The notes beneath the pieces are model-generated. The model was not told the DNA's origin, did not search any database, and worked only from the letters and a program-made list of their open reading frames with translations. Shown here piece after piece: positions 8,930-16,720 of a stretch of DNA of 24,000 nucleotides (position 1 is the stretch's first letter; the number at the start of each line of letters is the position of its first letter). The DNA comes from Klebsiella phage KP6: sequence record OR882092.1. One strand, given 5' to 3'. Made by a program: the position numbers and the translations under genes.

Positions 8930-9717
8930 TCGCGCCGTATGTTGTACGCAACAAACCGGAGACCGAACGTGGTCATGTTGTTACCGGGGTTGCCAAGGGC
9001 TGGCAGAAAACCAGTCTGAACCAAGACCCGGACGAAATTCTGACCGAATGTAAAGGTCTTGATGCACTGCTGACCAAGTCTAATCTGGAAGCAGACGGCG
9101 TGACCAAAATCGATCCTTCGAAGCCCGTCGGCTTCCTGGTATCTTACGAAATTCATGATCCCAGCGCAGTCCTGACTACTGGTCTGACTATCACCCCGGC
9201 AACCGCCAATGGTGAAATTGGTCAGGTGGTTGAACTTCTGGCGACGGTGGCCCCGGCGAATGCAACCTATAAAGGCGTCAACTGGTATTCCGGTGACGTG
9301 ACTAAAGCAGTCCATATCGGCGGCGGTAAATTCAAACTGCTTCAGCCCGGTTCCGTGACCGTCTATGGCGTCACCGTAGAAGGCAACCATACCGATTCAA
9401 CCGTCATCACCGTTGCGGGTGCTTTGTCTCTTTCAACCGATCTGACGGCGACTAAAGACGTTACCAGCGGCCAAGACGCGACGTTTAGCGTTGTCGCTGC
9501 TGGCGGCACTACCCCGTACACTTATGTGTGGCATTTCTCTGATGTGCCGGGTGGCGCAGGTTCGGTTATTGACGCTGGCACCAACGCGACTGCATCAACC
9601 GCTAACCTGGTTGTGACTGCTGTGGATGCTGCCGACGAAGGCGAATATTGGTGTGTTGTTTCTGACGCCGATGGCCATTCAGTGACTTCTACCCGTTGTG
9701 AAATGGCTGTAGTCTAA
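8908..9717 (+). CDS. Ig-like domain protein, candidate capsid decoration (Hoc-like) protein
   Basis: GGAGG SD then ATG at 8908. BIG2-like segment (LTITPATANGEIGQVVELLATVAPANATYKGVNWYSGD) and C-terminal Ig-like segment (ATFSVVAAGGTTPYTYVWHFSD...AADEGEYWCVVSDADG). Confidence 0.75.
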   Translation: MPTINVLVAPYVVRNKPETERGHVVTGVAKGWQKTSLNQDPDEILTECKGLDALLTKSNLEADGVTKIDPSKPVGFLVSYEIHDPSAVLTTGLTITPATANGEIGQVVELLATVAPANATYKGVNWYSGDVTKAVHIGGGKFKLLQPGSVTVYGVTVEGNHTDSTVITVAGALSLSTDLTATKDVTSGQDATFSVVAAGGTTPYTYVWHFSDVPGGAGSVIDAGTNATASTANLVVTAVDAADEGEYWCVVSDADGHSVTSTRCEMAVV

Positions 9718-9718
9718 T

Positions 9719-9940
9719 ATGAAGACCTTCAAGGATTTCCTTGAAGATTCTTCTCCTCCTGCCACCACGACCGCCGATGTGGGGAAACCCGAAGGCGGTA
9801 TGGTCAAGGAACCCGTGAAGAAACCGAAGGATCTTGAAGAGGAATCAGAGTTCAAGAAAATCTTTGGGAATATCTTCAAGGATATTGACTTCAGCAAAGC
9901 CAAGAAATGGAATTTCAGGACAGGCAAGTATGATGAATAA
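9719..9940 (+). CDS. small acidic/lysine-rich phage protein
   Basis: 73-aa ORF beginning MKTFKDFLED, an N-terminal motif type frequently seen in T4-related phage proteins. Confidence 0.65.
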   Translation: MKTFKDFLEDSSPPATTTADVGKPEGGMVKEPVKKPKDLEEESEFKKIFGNIFKDIDFSKAKKWNFRTGKYDE

Positions 9941-9964
9941 AAGAGGCTTCGGCCTCTTTTTCTT
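9940..9964 (+). terminator. rho-independent terminator
   Basis: AAAGAGGC-TTCG-GCCTCTTTTTC. Confidence 0.9.
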
Positions 9965-10028
9965 TATGTGTTACTCGGGGTATAATCCACCAGTTCCCCA
10001 TGAGCGGAACTTAACCGAGGATACACAA

Positions 10029-10520
10029 ATGCAATCTATGGTAAAACGCAGAGTAGAAATCTCATTGAATGCTCACATTGAGATGATACAACAACTTATA
10101 TTGGATGCGTACGAAATCCAAAAAGACCGCGAATCGAGGAGCTTGGTAGATGTTATTGAACCGGGCAACATTCTATATTACCGTATGATTAGGCATACAG
10201 GTCATACAGCAGCGCTGAAGAAACTTCTGTCTTACAATTTCCAAACAGAAAATAACGTCCGTATTATGGCTGTCTTTCACAGTGAAAGCGAGCGTGGTTC
10301 TTTCTTTTCTTCTCCCTATAACGTAACGGCCCCGCATGTTGATAAGAAAGACAGTACCACCACAATTAGTCATTATATGGGCACCAAGATTGACAAAGCT
10401 GATATTATCATATTCTCTGATACTTTACACGATCCGAAACGCCTTGATGCTGCACATAAAATGTTAAAAGAGAGTCGTTCTGCTCTTACTAATTTGAAAC
10501 TAGTTGTCTTTCTCGGCTAG
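10029..10520 (+). CDS. hypothetical protein (ATG 10029 inside the 9834..10520 ORF)
   Basis: ORF MQSMVKRRVEISLNAHIEM..., upstream extension would read through the terminator at 9940. Confidence 0.7.
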   Translation: MQSMVKRRVEISLNAHIEMIQQLILDAYEIQKDRESRSLVDVIEPGNILYYRMIRHTGHTAALKKLLSYNFQTENNVRIMAVFHSESERGSFFSSPYNVTAPHVDKKDSTTTISHYMGTKIDKADIIIFSDTLHDPKRLDAAHKMLKESRSALTNLKLVVFLG

Positions 10521-10522
10521 AT

Positions 10523-10544
10523 AATAGGGGCTTTGGCCCCTATT
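10523..10544 (+). terminator. hairpin, possible terminator or processing site with weak U-tract
   Basis: AATAGGGGC-TTTG-GCCCCTATT. Confidence 0.6.
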
Positions 10545-10564
10545 AATCAACCAGGAGGTGTGAA

Positions 10565-10756
10565 ATGGTACGTTTACGTCATAAACCGAATCAGTTCGCC
10601 CTGGGAATGCTTTGCGGTATATCATTCATGATATGCCTGGAAAACGCAGTCAGTCTTGTTGCGGCCCCTGACTTCCCTTTGGTCAGATTTATATTATCTG
10701 GGCTGTTTGGTGCTGTATCTGTCGTTAGTTTCCTGATCGCATCCAGGAAATTATAA
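10565..10756 (+). CDS. small membrane protein
   Basis: 63 aa with two hydrophobic stretches; AGGAGG at about 10552. Confidence 0.65.
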   Translation: MVRLRHKPNQFALGMLCGISFMICLENAVSLVAAPDFPLVRFILSGLFGAVSVVSFLIASRKL

Positions 10757-10799
10757 ATCTGCTACACACAGCAATATATTGATTTGAGAATCCTATATC

Positions 10800-11285
10800 A
10801 TGTTCCTATTACTCAATGTTCCAAAAGATCGTATGACGCCGGATGATGAAGGCAAGACACATTACAACATTTACAGTCGGAGCCGAACCGAGCTGGGGAG
10901 ATTCCTGTCCCATTTTGCATACCATCCCATGGATACTGTCGATGGTGTTTTCAACTCGATGGAAGGCTACTGGTATTGGCTCAAATATCGGCACGATGAC
11001 CTGCGTAGCCTTTATGGAAATGATGCCAAACAATTCGGTCAGACTCTGGCCAAGTCGCAGATTGTCGTTCTGTCTCCTGATGACCCCAAATTTAAACAAG
11101 ACATCATTGCAGCAACAAGCCAAAAATTGCTGACGATGCCGCCCAAGCTGCGTTTCCAATTAGCCCACAGCCGCCTTCCCCTGATACATGCATATGAACA
11201 TCAGGGAAAATATAGTTTTCAAAACTCTATGGACTTTATCATACAACACATCAACCGCTTCCGTCTAGAAGGATATTTGAAATGA
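10800..11285 (+). CDS. candidate NADAR (YbiA/DUF1768)-like protein
   Basis: YSRSRTELGRFLSHFAYHP...SMEGYWYWLK...AKQFGQTLAKS...KFKQDIIAATSQKL...LPLIHAYEHQGK follows the NADAR order of motifs (F-S-N-F-like, S/T-x-E-x-Y-x-x-x-K, A..G, KF..). Confidence 0.5.
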   Translation: MFLLLNVPKDRMTPDDEGKTHYNIYSRSRTELGRFLSHFAYHPMDTVDGVFNSMEGYWYWLKYRHDDLRSLYGNDAKQFGQTLAKSQIVVLSPDDPKFKQDIIAATSQKLLTMPPKLRFQLAHSRLPLIHAYEHQGKYSFQNSMDFIIQHINRFRLEGYLK

Positions 11286-11860
11286 AATTTCTGCGTAATA
11301 TTTTAAACACATCGTATGATTGCACTACGATGAATCCCTCTCGTTCTTCAGTATTTGTATTCAGTAAACTTGTAGAAGAAACGTGTGAATTATCAGACGT
11401 GTTCTATGGTATCGCCGCGTCTGAGCCTTTGAATGGCGAAGTAGCAGACGTCATCATATCAGCGCTGGATTTGCTGTATGTGACTGAATATCAACACGTC
11501 CAGCAATATGGTTCCATGTCTAAGGACGAAATATTTGATTCTATCATCTATGCATTGGCCCAGGCTAATCACACAAGTGATTTGTCTGAGCACACGTTAG
11601 AAGATTATTGGTTTTGCGGGGGTGTTGACCCCGTTGATAAACAACTGGCGATGATTAACCATTTCAAAGGAAGGATCACTAGACTTCTGAATCAGCCCCA
11701 GCGTTCAAATGATCGAATGGTCGATCTGATTAACAGCATCATCAAGCATACATCAAAATTTGCGTGCGACTGCAATCAAAACCATGTCAGCACAATTGTC
11801 AAGGTGGAACACGCTATTGAGCACAAAGTCGAAAAGTGGCGGGGCAAATTTGGTCTATAA
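11282..11860 (+). CDS. MazG-like all-alpha NTP pyrophosphohydrolase
   Basis: KLVEETCELSDVFYGIAASEPLNGEVADVIISALDLL gives the EExxE...ExxD motif; ATGA overlap with the upstream gene. Confidence 0.65.
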   Translation: MKFLRNILNTSYDCTTMNPSRSSVFVFSKLVEETCELSDVFYGIAASEPLNGEVADVIISALDLLYVTEYQHVQQYGSMSKDEIFDSIIYALAQANHTSDLSEHTLEDYWFCGGVDPVDKQLAMINHFKGRITRLLNQPQRSNDRMVDLINSIIKHTSKFACDCNQNHVSTIVKVEHAIEHKVEKWRGKFGL

Positions 11861-11908
11861 GCCAATCCCATACATAATCTTGTGTGTTTACATTGACGGG
11901 ATAGGACG

Positions 11909-13819
11909 ATGACCAGTAACGTTAACATTGAAAGAAAGTACAAGAAGCTCTCCCATGTAGAGCATATCCTTCTTCGCCCAGAACGCCATCTGGGCAGTAT
12001 CCGTTCAACATCCGGGACGGTTTGGGTTTATGATCCCGTAAAAGATCAGGTTGTGTTCAAGGACAACTTTACCTATTCCCCGGCGCTGATCAAACAGTTC
12101 GATGAGATTATCACGAACTGCGTTGACCATAGCAAAACTCCTGAGGGGAAACGCCTCAACGAGATCACTGTTACGGTAATGGCGATGAACGGCCAGATCA
12201 TCGTTGCTGACAACGGCGGCATCCCTGTGGTAAAACACGGTGAGACCAAAGAATGGCTCCCGGAGATGCTCTTCGGCTCCCTGTATGCTGGTAGTAACTT
12301 CAACGATGATGACGAAGAGTACAACAACAAGAAATCTGGTGGCCAGAACGGCGAAGGCGCTTCTCTCGTAAACGTGTTCTCAAAATGGTTCCGGGTGTCT
12401 ACCAACGACGGCAAGAAGTCTTATCTCCAGACGTTTGAGAACAATATGAGCAAACGTTCAGAGCCGACGATCAGTAACCTGAACGCGCCGGGTACGACCA
12501 TCGCCTGGATCCCAGATTATGAGCGTTTGGGTATCAAAGGTCTGGATAACAATAATCTGCTGATGATCTACCGCCGGGCATTTGAAGTAGCGGCGTGTAA
12601 CCCTCGTCTGAAGATCGTTCTCAATGGCAAGCCTATCCGGATTGATCGCTTCGGTCATTTTGTGGATTACTTCTGCCAGGGTTCATCTGTAGACGAATCT
12701 GGGGATTGGTCTGTTGCAATCGCGCCTTCCAATGGCACGTTCATGCATGCGTCATATGTCAACAGTATCGCTACTCACGTCGGCGGCCCGCATGTTGACT
12801 ATGTTGCCGACCAGATCGTTGCTGCGATTCGTACTCCGCTGTCTAAAAAATTCAAGACAGAATTGAAGCCAGCAATGATTAAGAACCATATGATGCTTTT
12901 CATATCTGCTGACATCGATAACCCCCGGTTTGATAGTCAGACTAAAGAGCGCATGACCACACCTGTCAGTCAGTTTGGAACAACATACAAACCGTCTGAT
13001 CGCTTGATTCGTAAGGCGCTGGAATATGTTACCACCGGGTTGGGTAAGGAACTGGCGGCTTTACGTAATGACCAGGATGACGCTGAGTTTGAAAAGGCCA
13101 AAAAGGAAATCACCAAACGGGATTATCGTGAAATTGAAAAGTATTATCCCGCGACGGCCCGTGGTGATCGTTCAGGCTGCGTACTGGTGTTGACCGAGGG
13201 TGATAGCGCGTCTAACCCTATCCTCAATGCTCGTGACACCAAGAAAATCGGTCTGTTTCCTCTGCGCGGTAAATTCATCAACTGTTTGAACGCTTCACGC
13301 GCCAAGGTCATGGCCAACGAAGAATTCAAGAACCTGTGTACTATCCACGGCGGCGCAGTACCGGGGCAACCGATTGACACCAGCCGTTATCCTTGCACGG
13401 TTGTCGCTACGGACGCGGACGATGACGGCATTCATATCCGTGGCCTGTTGATTACCATGTACTGTACGTTCTGGCCGGAATATGTGCGCCAGGGGCGTCT
13501 TAAACTTCTGCGCTCCCCGTACATGCGTGTGTGGTGCGGTAAAGAAATGCATGAGTTCATGAACAACGCCGAATATGAAGAGTTCATGAAGACCCCAGAA
13601 TCTAAAAAGATCACAAAGAAGAAATATCTAAAAGGTCTGGGCGGTAACAGCACCGAAGATTTCAAACGTATTCTAAACAATTTGGATGCGTATACTACGA
13701 CGGTCGTTCTGGATGATGCCTACAAGAATTCATTGAATGATGGGTTCGGTGATAAGGCGTCGGATTACCGCAAGACCTGGTTTAGTGACGTTTGCTTATT
13801 TGAAACAGAGGATGAATAA
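11909..13819 (+). CDS. phage type II DNA topoisomerase large subunit (T4 gp39+gp60-type fused)
   Basis: 636 aa; ATPase motif DEIITNCVDHSKTP / VADNGGIPV, Toprim motifs LTEGDSASN and DADDDGIHIRGL. Confidence 0.93.
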   Translation: MTSNVNIERKYKKLSHVEHILLRPERHLGSIRSTSGTVWVYDPVKDQVVFKDNFTYSPALIKQFDEIITNCVDHSKTPEGKRLNEITVTVMAMNGQIIVADNGGIPVVKHGETKEWLPEMLFGSLYAGSNFNDDDEEYNNKKSGGQNGEGASLVNVFSKWFRVSTNDGKKSYLQTFENNMSKRSEPTISNLNAPGTTIAWIPDYERLGIKGLDNNNLLMIYRRAFEVAACNPRLKIVLNGKPIRIDRFGHFVDYFCQGSSVDESGDWSVAIAPSNGTFMHASYVNSIATHVGGPHVDYVADQIVAAIRTPLSKKFKTELKPAMIKNHMMLFISADIDNPRFDSQTKERMTTPVSQFGTTYKPSDRLIRKALEYVTTGLGKELAALRNDQDDAEFEKAKKEITKRDYREIEKYYPATARGDRSGCVLVLTEGDSASNPILNARDTKKIGLFPLRGKFINCLNASRAKVMANEEFKNLCTIHGGAVPGQPIDTSRYPCTVVATDADDDGIHIRGLLITMYCTFWPEYVRQGRLKLLRSPYMRVWCGKEMHEFMNNAEYEEFMKTPESKKITKKKYLKGLGGNSTEDFKRILNNLDAYTTTVVLDDAYKNSLNDGFGDKASDYRKTWFSDVCLFETEDE

Positions 13820-13820
13820 G

Positions 13821-15152
13821 ATGGTTGCCAAAAGCATTACTGTGACATCATTTGTTAACACCGATCATAAGGAATTTTCGGTTGTTAACAGCGTTCGCCA
13901 AATTCCTCTGTTAATTGACAGCCTCAAGCCCAGCCAGCGAAAAATTTTGTTTGCTGCGTTGGAATACGGTAAAGAAGAGATTGTTGACCGCCTGGGTATG
14001 TTTTCCGCCGCCCGTACCAATTACAAATCTGGTGGTGAGAACATGAGCAACACTATCGTCAATATGGCACAGGCTTTCCCAGGGACGAACAATATCCCGT
14101 ATTTTGATCGTGATGGTCAGTTCGGATCAATCATGGGTAAAGAAGCGTCATCACCGCGATATATTTCTGTGGCAGTATCCGGCGTGATTCGTAAGATCTA
14201 TCGGAAAGAAGATGAAGGCATCCTGGAATACAATTATCTTGGTGAGGAAAGGCTGGAACCAAAGTTTTTCCTCCCAGTTATCCCAATGTTCCTTGTGAAT
14301 GGTCTGAACGGTATCGGTAGCGGCTATGCTACCAAAACCCCATGCCATAGCATAAAGTCTGTTCTGGATGCCCTGAGAGCGCTTCTCCGTGGCGAAGACC
14401 CAAAAGGCTTGAAACCGTATTGGAATGGTTACAAGGGGGAGACAGGATACACTGAGGAAGGTCGAGTGTACTGTCGCGGTGTGTATGAACGTCTCAATGC
14501 CACTACCCTACGCATAACTGAAGTCCCGGTGGGCTGGTTCGCCAAGGATTATGAAACCAAGATTATTCTTCCGCTGTATAAATCAGGGATTCTCACAGAG
14601 TATTCCAACGATTCCACAGAAGATGGTTGGGATATCACTGTTGTGTTCAAACGTGGTGAATTGTCTAAACTGGATGACGCCAAAGTTGAACAGATGTTCC
14701 GGCTGTACTCAGCTGAAATGCCGACCTGGACATCTTGGAACGAATGCGGTATTATCCAACGTTTCAATGGTTGGAAAGATATGCTGTATGCATTCTTCAA
14801 CTATCGGCTGGAACGGTATGAAGATCGTCGCCAATATCTGTTGGCTGACCTCAACGCCCGTATCCACAAAATGAACAATCGTGCCTTGTTCATTGAATGG
14901 GCGACAAAAATAGATCTACGGCAGAAAATTGATGTTCTTAAATCTCTCTTTATTCAAGATTACCCAGACTTTGATGGTGATCTTGACGATTTGTTCAAGA
15001 TGTCTCTATCCTCGATTACATTGGACGCCCGCGAGCGCCTGTTGAATCAGATCAAGAATCTGGAAATTCAACGGGACGAGTTAAATAAGAAACAGGACAT
15101 AGATCTTTACAACGAAGATCTAGACGAGTTGGAAACTCTGCTCGATCTATAA
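13821..15152 (+). CDS. 52: phage type II DNA topoisomerase medium subunit (T4 gp52-like); ATG 13821 preferred over 13737
   Basis: IPLLIDSLKPSQRKILFAALEYG, AAARTNYKSGGENMSNTIVNMAQAFPGTNNIPYFDRDGQFGS, HitGSRYISVAVS-like region; directly downstream of large subunit. Confidence 0.93.
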   Translation: MVAKSITVTSFVNTDHKEFSVVNSVRQIPLLIDSLKPSQRKILFAALEYGKEEIVDRLGMFSAARTNYKSGGENMSNTIVNMAQAFPGTNNIPYFDRDGQFGSIMGKEASSPRYISVAVSGVIRKIYRKEDEGILEYNYLGEERLEPKFFLPVIPMFLVNGLNGIGSGYATKTPCHSIKSVLDALRALLRGEDPKGLKPYWNGYKGETGYTEEGRVYCRGVYERLNATTLRITEVPVGWFAKDYETKIILPLYKSGILTEYSNDSTEDGWDITVVFKRGELSKLDDAKVEQMFRLYSAEMPTWTSWNECGIIQRFNGWKDMLYAFFNYRLERYEDRRQYLLADLNARIHKMNNRALFIEWATKIDLRQKIDVLKSLFIQDYPDFDGDLDDLFKMSLSSITLDARERLLNQIKNLEIQRDELNKKQDIDLYNEDLDELETLLDL

Positions 15153-15156
15153 TACA

Positions 15157-15191
15157 GGGGGCCAAAAGCCCCCGCCACCTGCGAGGGCTTT
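15157..15191 (+). promoter_or_regulatory. two mutually exclusive hairpins, attenuator/terminator-like
   Basis: Hairpin A GGGGGC(15157-15162)/GCCCCC(15168-15173); hairpin B AAAGCCC(15165-15171)...GGGCTTT(15185-15191) with inner CGC/GCG. Confidence 0.5.
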
Positions 15192-15194
15192 AAT

Positions 15195-15485
15195 ATGTTC
15201 TATTTCCGCAGCATTTCCGTTCTTGTATTCCTTGCCTGGGTGCTTGACATATGCATCCCTCGCTTCATATCAGAAGAAGTCGCATTCGCCCTTGTAGAAG
15301 AAGGGGAAGGAGAAGACTTCGATGCCTATGTCCCCATATGTTCTTTGAAAGATATCACTGACGAAGACGATGATGTTGTCATGGTAGGCACTATGCGTTC
15401 CTTCAATCTGTTCGGCTTCGCTTTGTTGCCTAAACTGATCGGGGAATTGCGTCCTTACAATCCATATGAGGAGATGGACAGCTGA
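15195..15485 (+). CDS. small membrane-anchored hypothetical protein
   Basis: 96-aa ORF with N-terminal hydrophobic segment. Confidence 0.6.
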   Translation: MFYFRSISVLVFLAWVLDICIPRFISEEVAFALVEEGEGEDFDAYVPICSLKDITDEDDDVVMVGTMRSFNLFGFALLPKLIGELRPYNPYEEMDS

Positions 15486-15799
15486 TGAGCAGATTCCTGA
15501 GTTCAAAATTATTGTCTATGGGTGATTCTTTATATTTTCAATGTCCTGGTTGTAATATGCTTCACCCATATCGCGTGAAGGGTTCTCCAGAACAAGGCCC
15601 GGTCTGGGCGTGGAACAATGATGTTGTTGCACCCACTTTCACTCCAAGTCTATTGGTGTTTAAAGATCGCCCAGGCTCACGCTGTCATTTGTTCTTGACA
15701 AATGGCAAAATACAATTTCTTGGCGACTGTTTTCACGATCTGAAAAATCAGACTGTGGATATGGTCGATATTCCTGAACCTGAAATATGGATTGAATAG
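15485..15799 (+). CDS. DUF6527-like phage protein (putative metal-binding)
   Basis: YFQCPGCNMLHPYRV...WAWNNDVVAPTFTPSLLV...CHLFLTNGKIQFLGDCFHDLKNQTVDMVDIP. Confidence 0.65.
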   Translation: MSRFLSSKLLSMGDSLYFQCPGCNMLHPYRVKGSPEQGPVWAWNNDVVAPTFTPSLLVFKDRPGSRCHLFLTNGKIQFLGDCFHDLKNQTVDMVDIPEPEIWIE

Positions 15800-15802
15800 A
15801 TT

Positions 15803-16207
15803 ATGAAACTACTTGGTTATTTCCGTGAACTCCCTGGTGGCACTGGACGATTGTTCTCTGAGGTCAAAGGAACCCCGGATGGTACAATGGTTGCCCTGTA
15901 CGCTCGTGACCTACCCAAGGAAGGGGAATGGCAGCGCCGTGTCGTGGCCGCAGCCAACAAATATGGTGACGTGATTGTGGTTGCTGATCGTCATCACAGC
16001 CGATTCATGAATTCCCAGTTGAGAATTCTAAAAGAAGCTGGGGTCATTACCACAACCCATACCCGTGAACAGGGTTTCATCGACAACCAAGGCAATTTCT
16101 TAACTCGTGAAGAGGCAGCGATCGTCGCTAAAGAAGCCGGGCAAGTCAACCAAGTTCGTCTGAAGAATACTCCTTTCAATCAGCTTTTCTCCGAAGACCT
16201 TTATTGA
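15803..16207 (+). CDS. hypothetical protein
   Basis: 134-aa ORF with RHHSRFM... and REQGFIDNQGNFLTREEAAIVAKEAGQV, a segment type common in phage hypothetical proteins. Confidence 0.7.
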   Translation: MKLLGYFRELPGGTGRLFSEVKGTPDGTMVALYARDLPKEGEWQRRVVAAANKYGDVIVVADRHHSRFMNSQLRILKEAGVITTTHTREQGFIDNQGNFLTREEAAIVAKEAGQVNQVRLKNTPFNQLFSEDLY

Positions 16208-16213
16208 ATAAAA

Positions 16214-16233
16214 AGGCGGTATTATTACCGCCT
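16214..16233 (+). terminator. hairpin, possible terminator or processing site
   Basis: AGGCGG-TATTATTA-CCGCCT, no strong U-tract. Confidence 0.5.
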
Positions 16234-16250
16234 AATCCCATAACTGGTAA

Positions 16251-16493
16251 ATGACCATGGCCAAATTTGAACCCGGTGATATCGCGCAATTTCGGGCTAT
16301 TTCACGTCGCTTGAAATTATATGAATTAAACCCAGAAGAAATCGATGAAAACGTGAAGGGAATGTTAGAAGGGATGTTTGGGTGCGCCGTCGGTAACGAA
16401 TTATTCGAGTTGTTAAAGATGGCGTCCGACAATGATTTCATCGAATATATTTCTGAAAACGCAATGGAAAGCGTGATGAAGGGGAATTGGTGA
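16251..16493 (+). CDS. hypothetical protein
   Basis: 80-aa ORF; start could be 16251 or 16257. Confidence 0.6.
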   Translation: MTMAKFEPGDIAQFRAISRRLKLYELNPEEIDENVKGMLEGMFGCAVGNELFELLKMASDNDFIEYISENAMESVMKGNW

Positions 16494-16720
16494 TGCCTGA
16501 GTTCGAAAAATATTTTGATCCGGCAACCACCCCTGCGTATCTCAATCGGATCGCAAAAGAAATCGCTTTCCGTTTGATGTCCAAAGGGTTTGGGGTTAAT
16601 CTTATCGCCACCGACGAGAGAACATCTATCATGTCCATCAACAATAGTGAAGGGCATGGCGGCGTTTTTTGCCTTGAATTTATTGATGACATCAACATTA
16701 CCTGGAGAAGAATTATATGA
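16493..16720 (+). CDS. hypothetical protein (ATG 16493)
   Basis: TGATG overlap with the upstream stop and ATGA overlap with the downstream gene. Confidence 0.65.
   Translation: MPEFEKYFDPATTPAYLNRIAKEIAFRLMSKGFGVNLIATDERTSIMSINNSEGHGGVFCLEFIDDINITWRRII

Noticed and set aside
9834-10028. N-terminal extension of the 9834..10520 ORF
   Set aside because: Would overlap the previous CDS in another frame and the terminator at 9940; ATG 10029 is more plausible.
10809-11159. 116-aa minus-strand ORF
   Set aside because: Fully inside the NADAR-like candidate on the opposite strand and composition looks like a frame shadow.
12073-12414. 113-aa minus-strand ORF
   Set aside because: Antisense to the conserved ATPase domain of the topoisomerase large subunit.
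13737-13820. N-terminal extension of the gp52-like ORF
   Set aside because: Overlaps the end of the large subunit gene, and conserved sequence begins at MVAKSITVTSFVNTDHKEFSVVNSVRQIP (13821).
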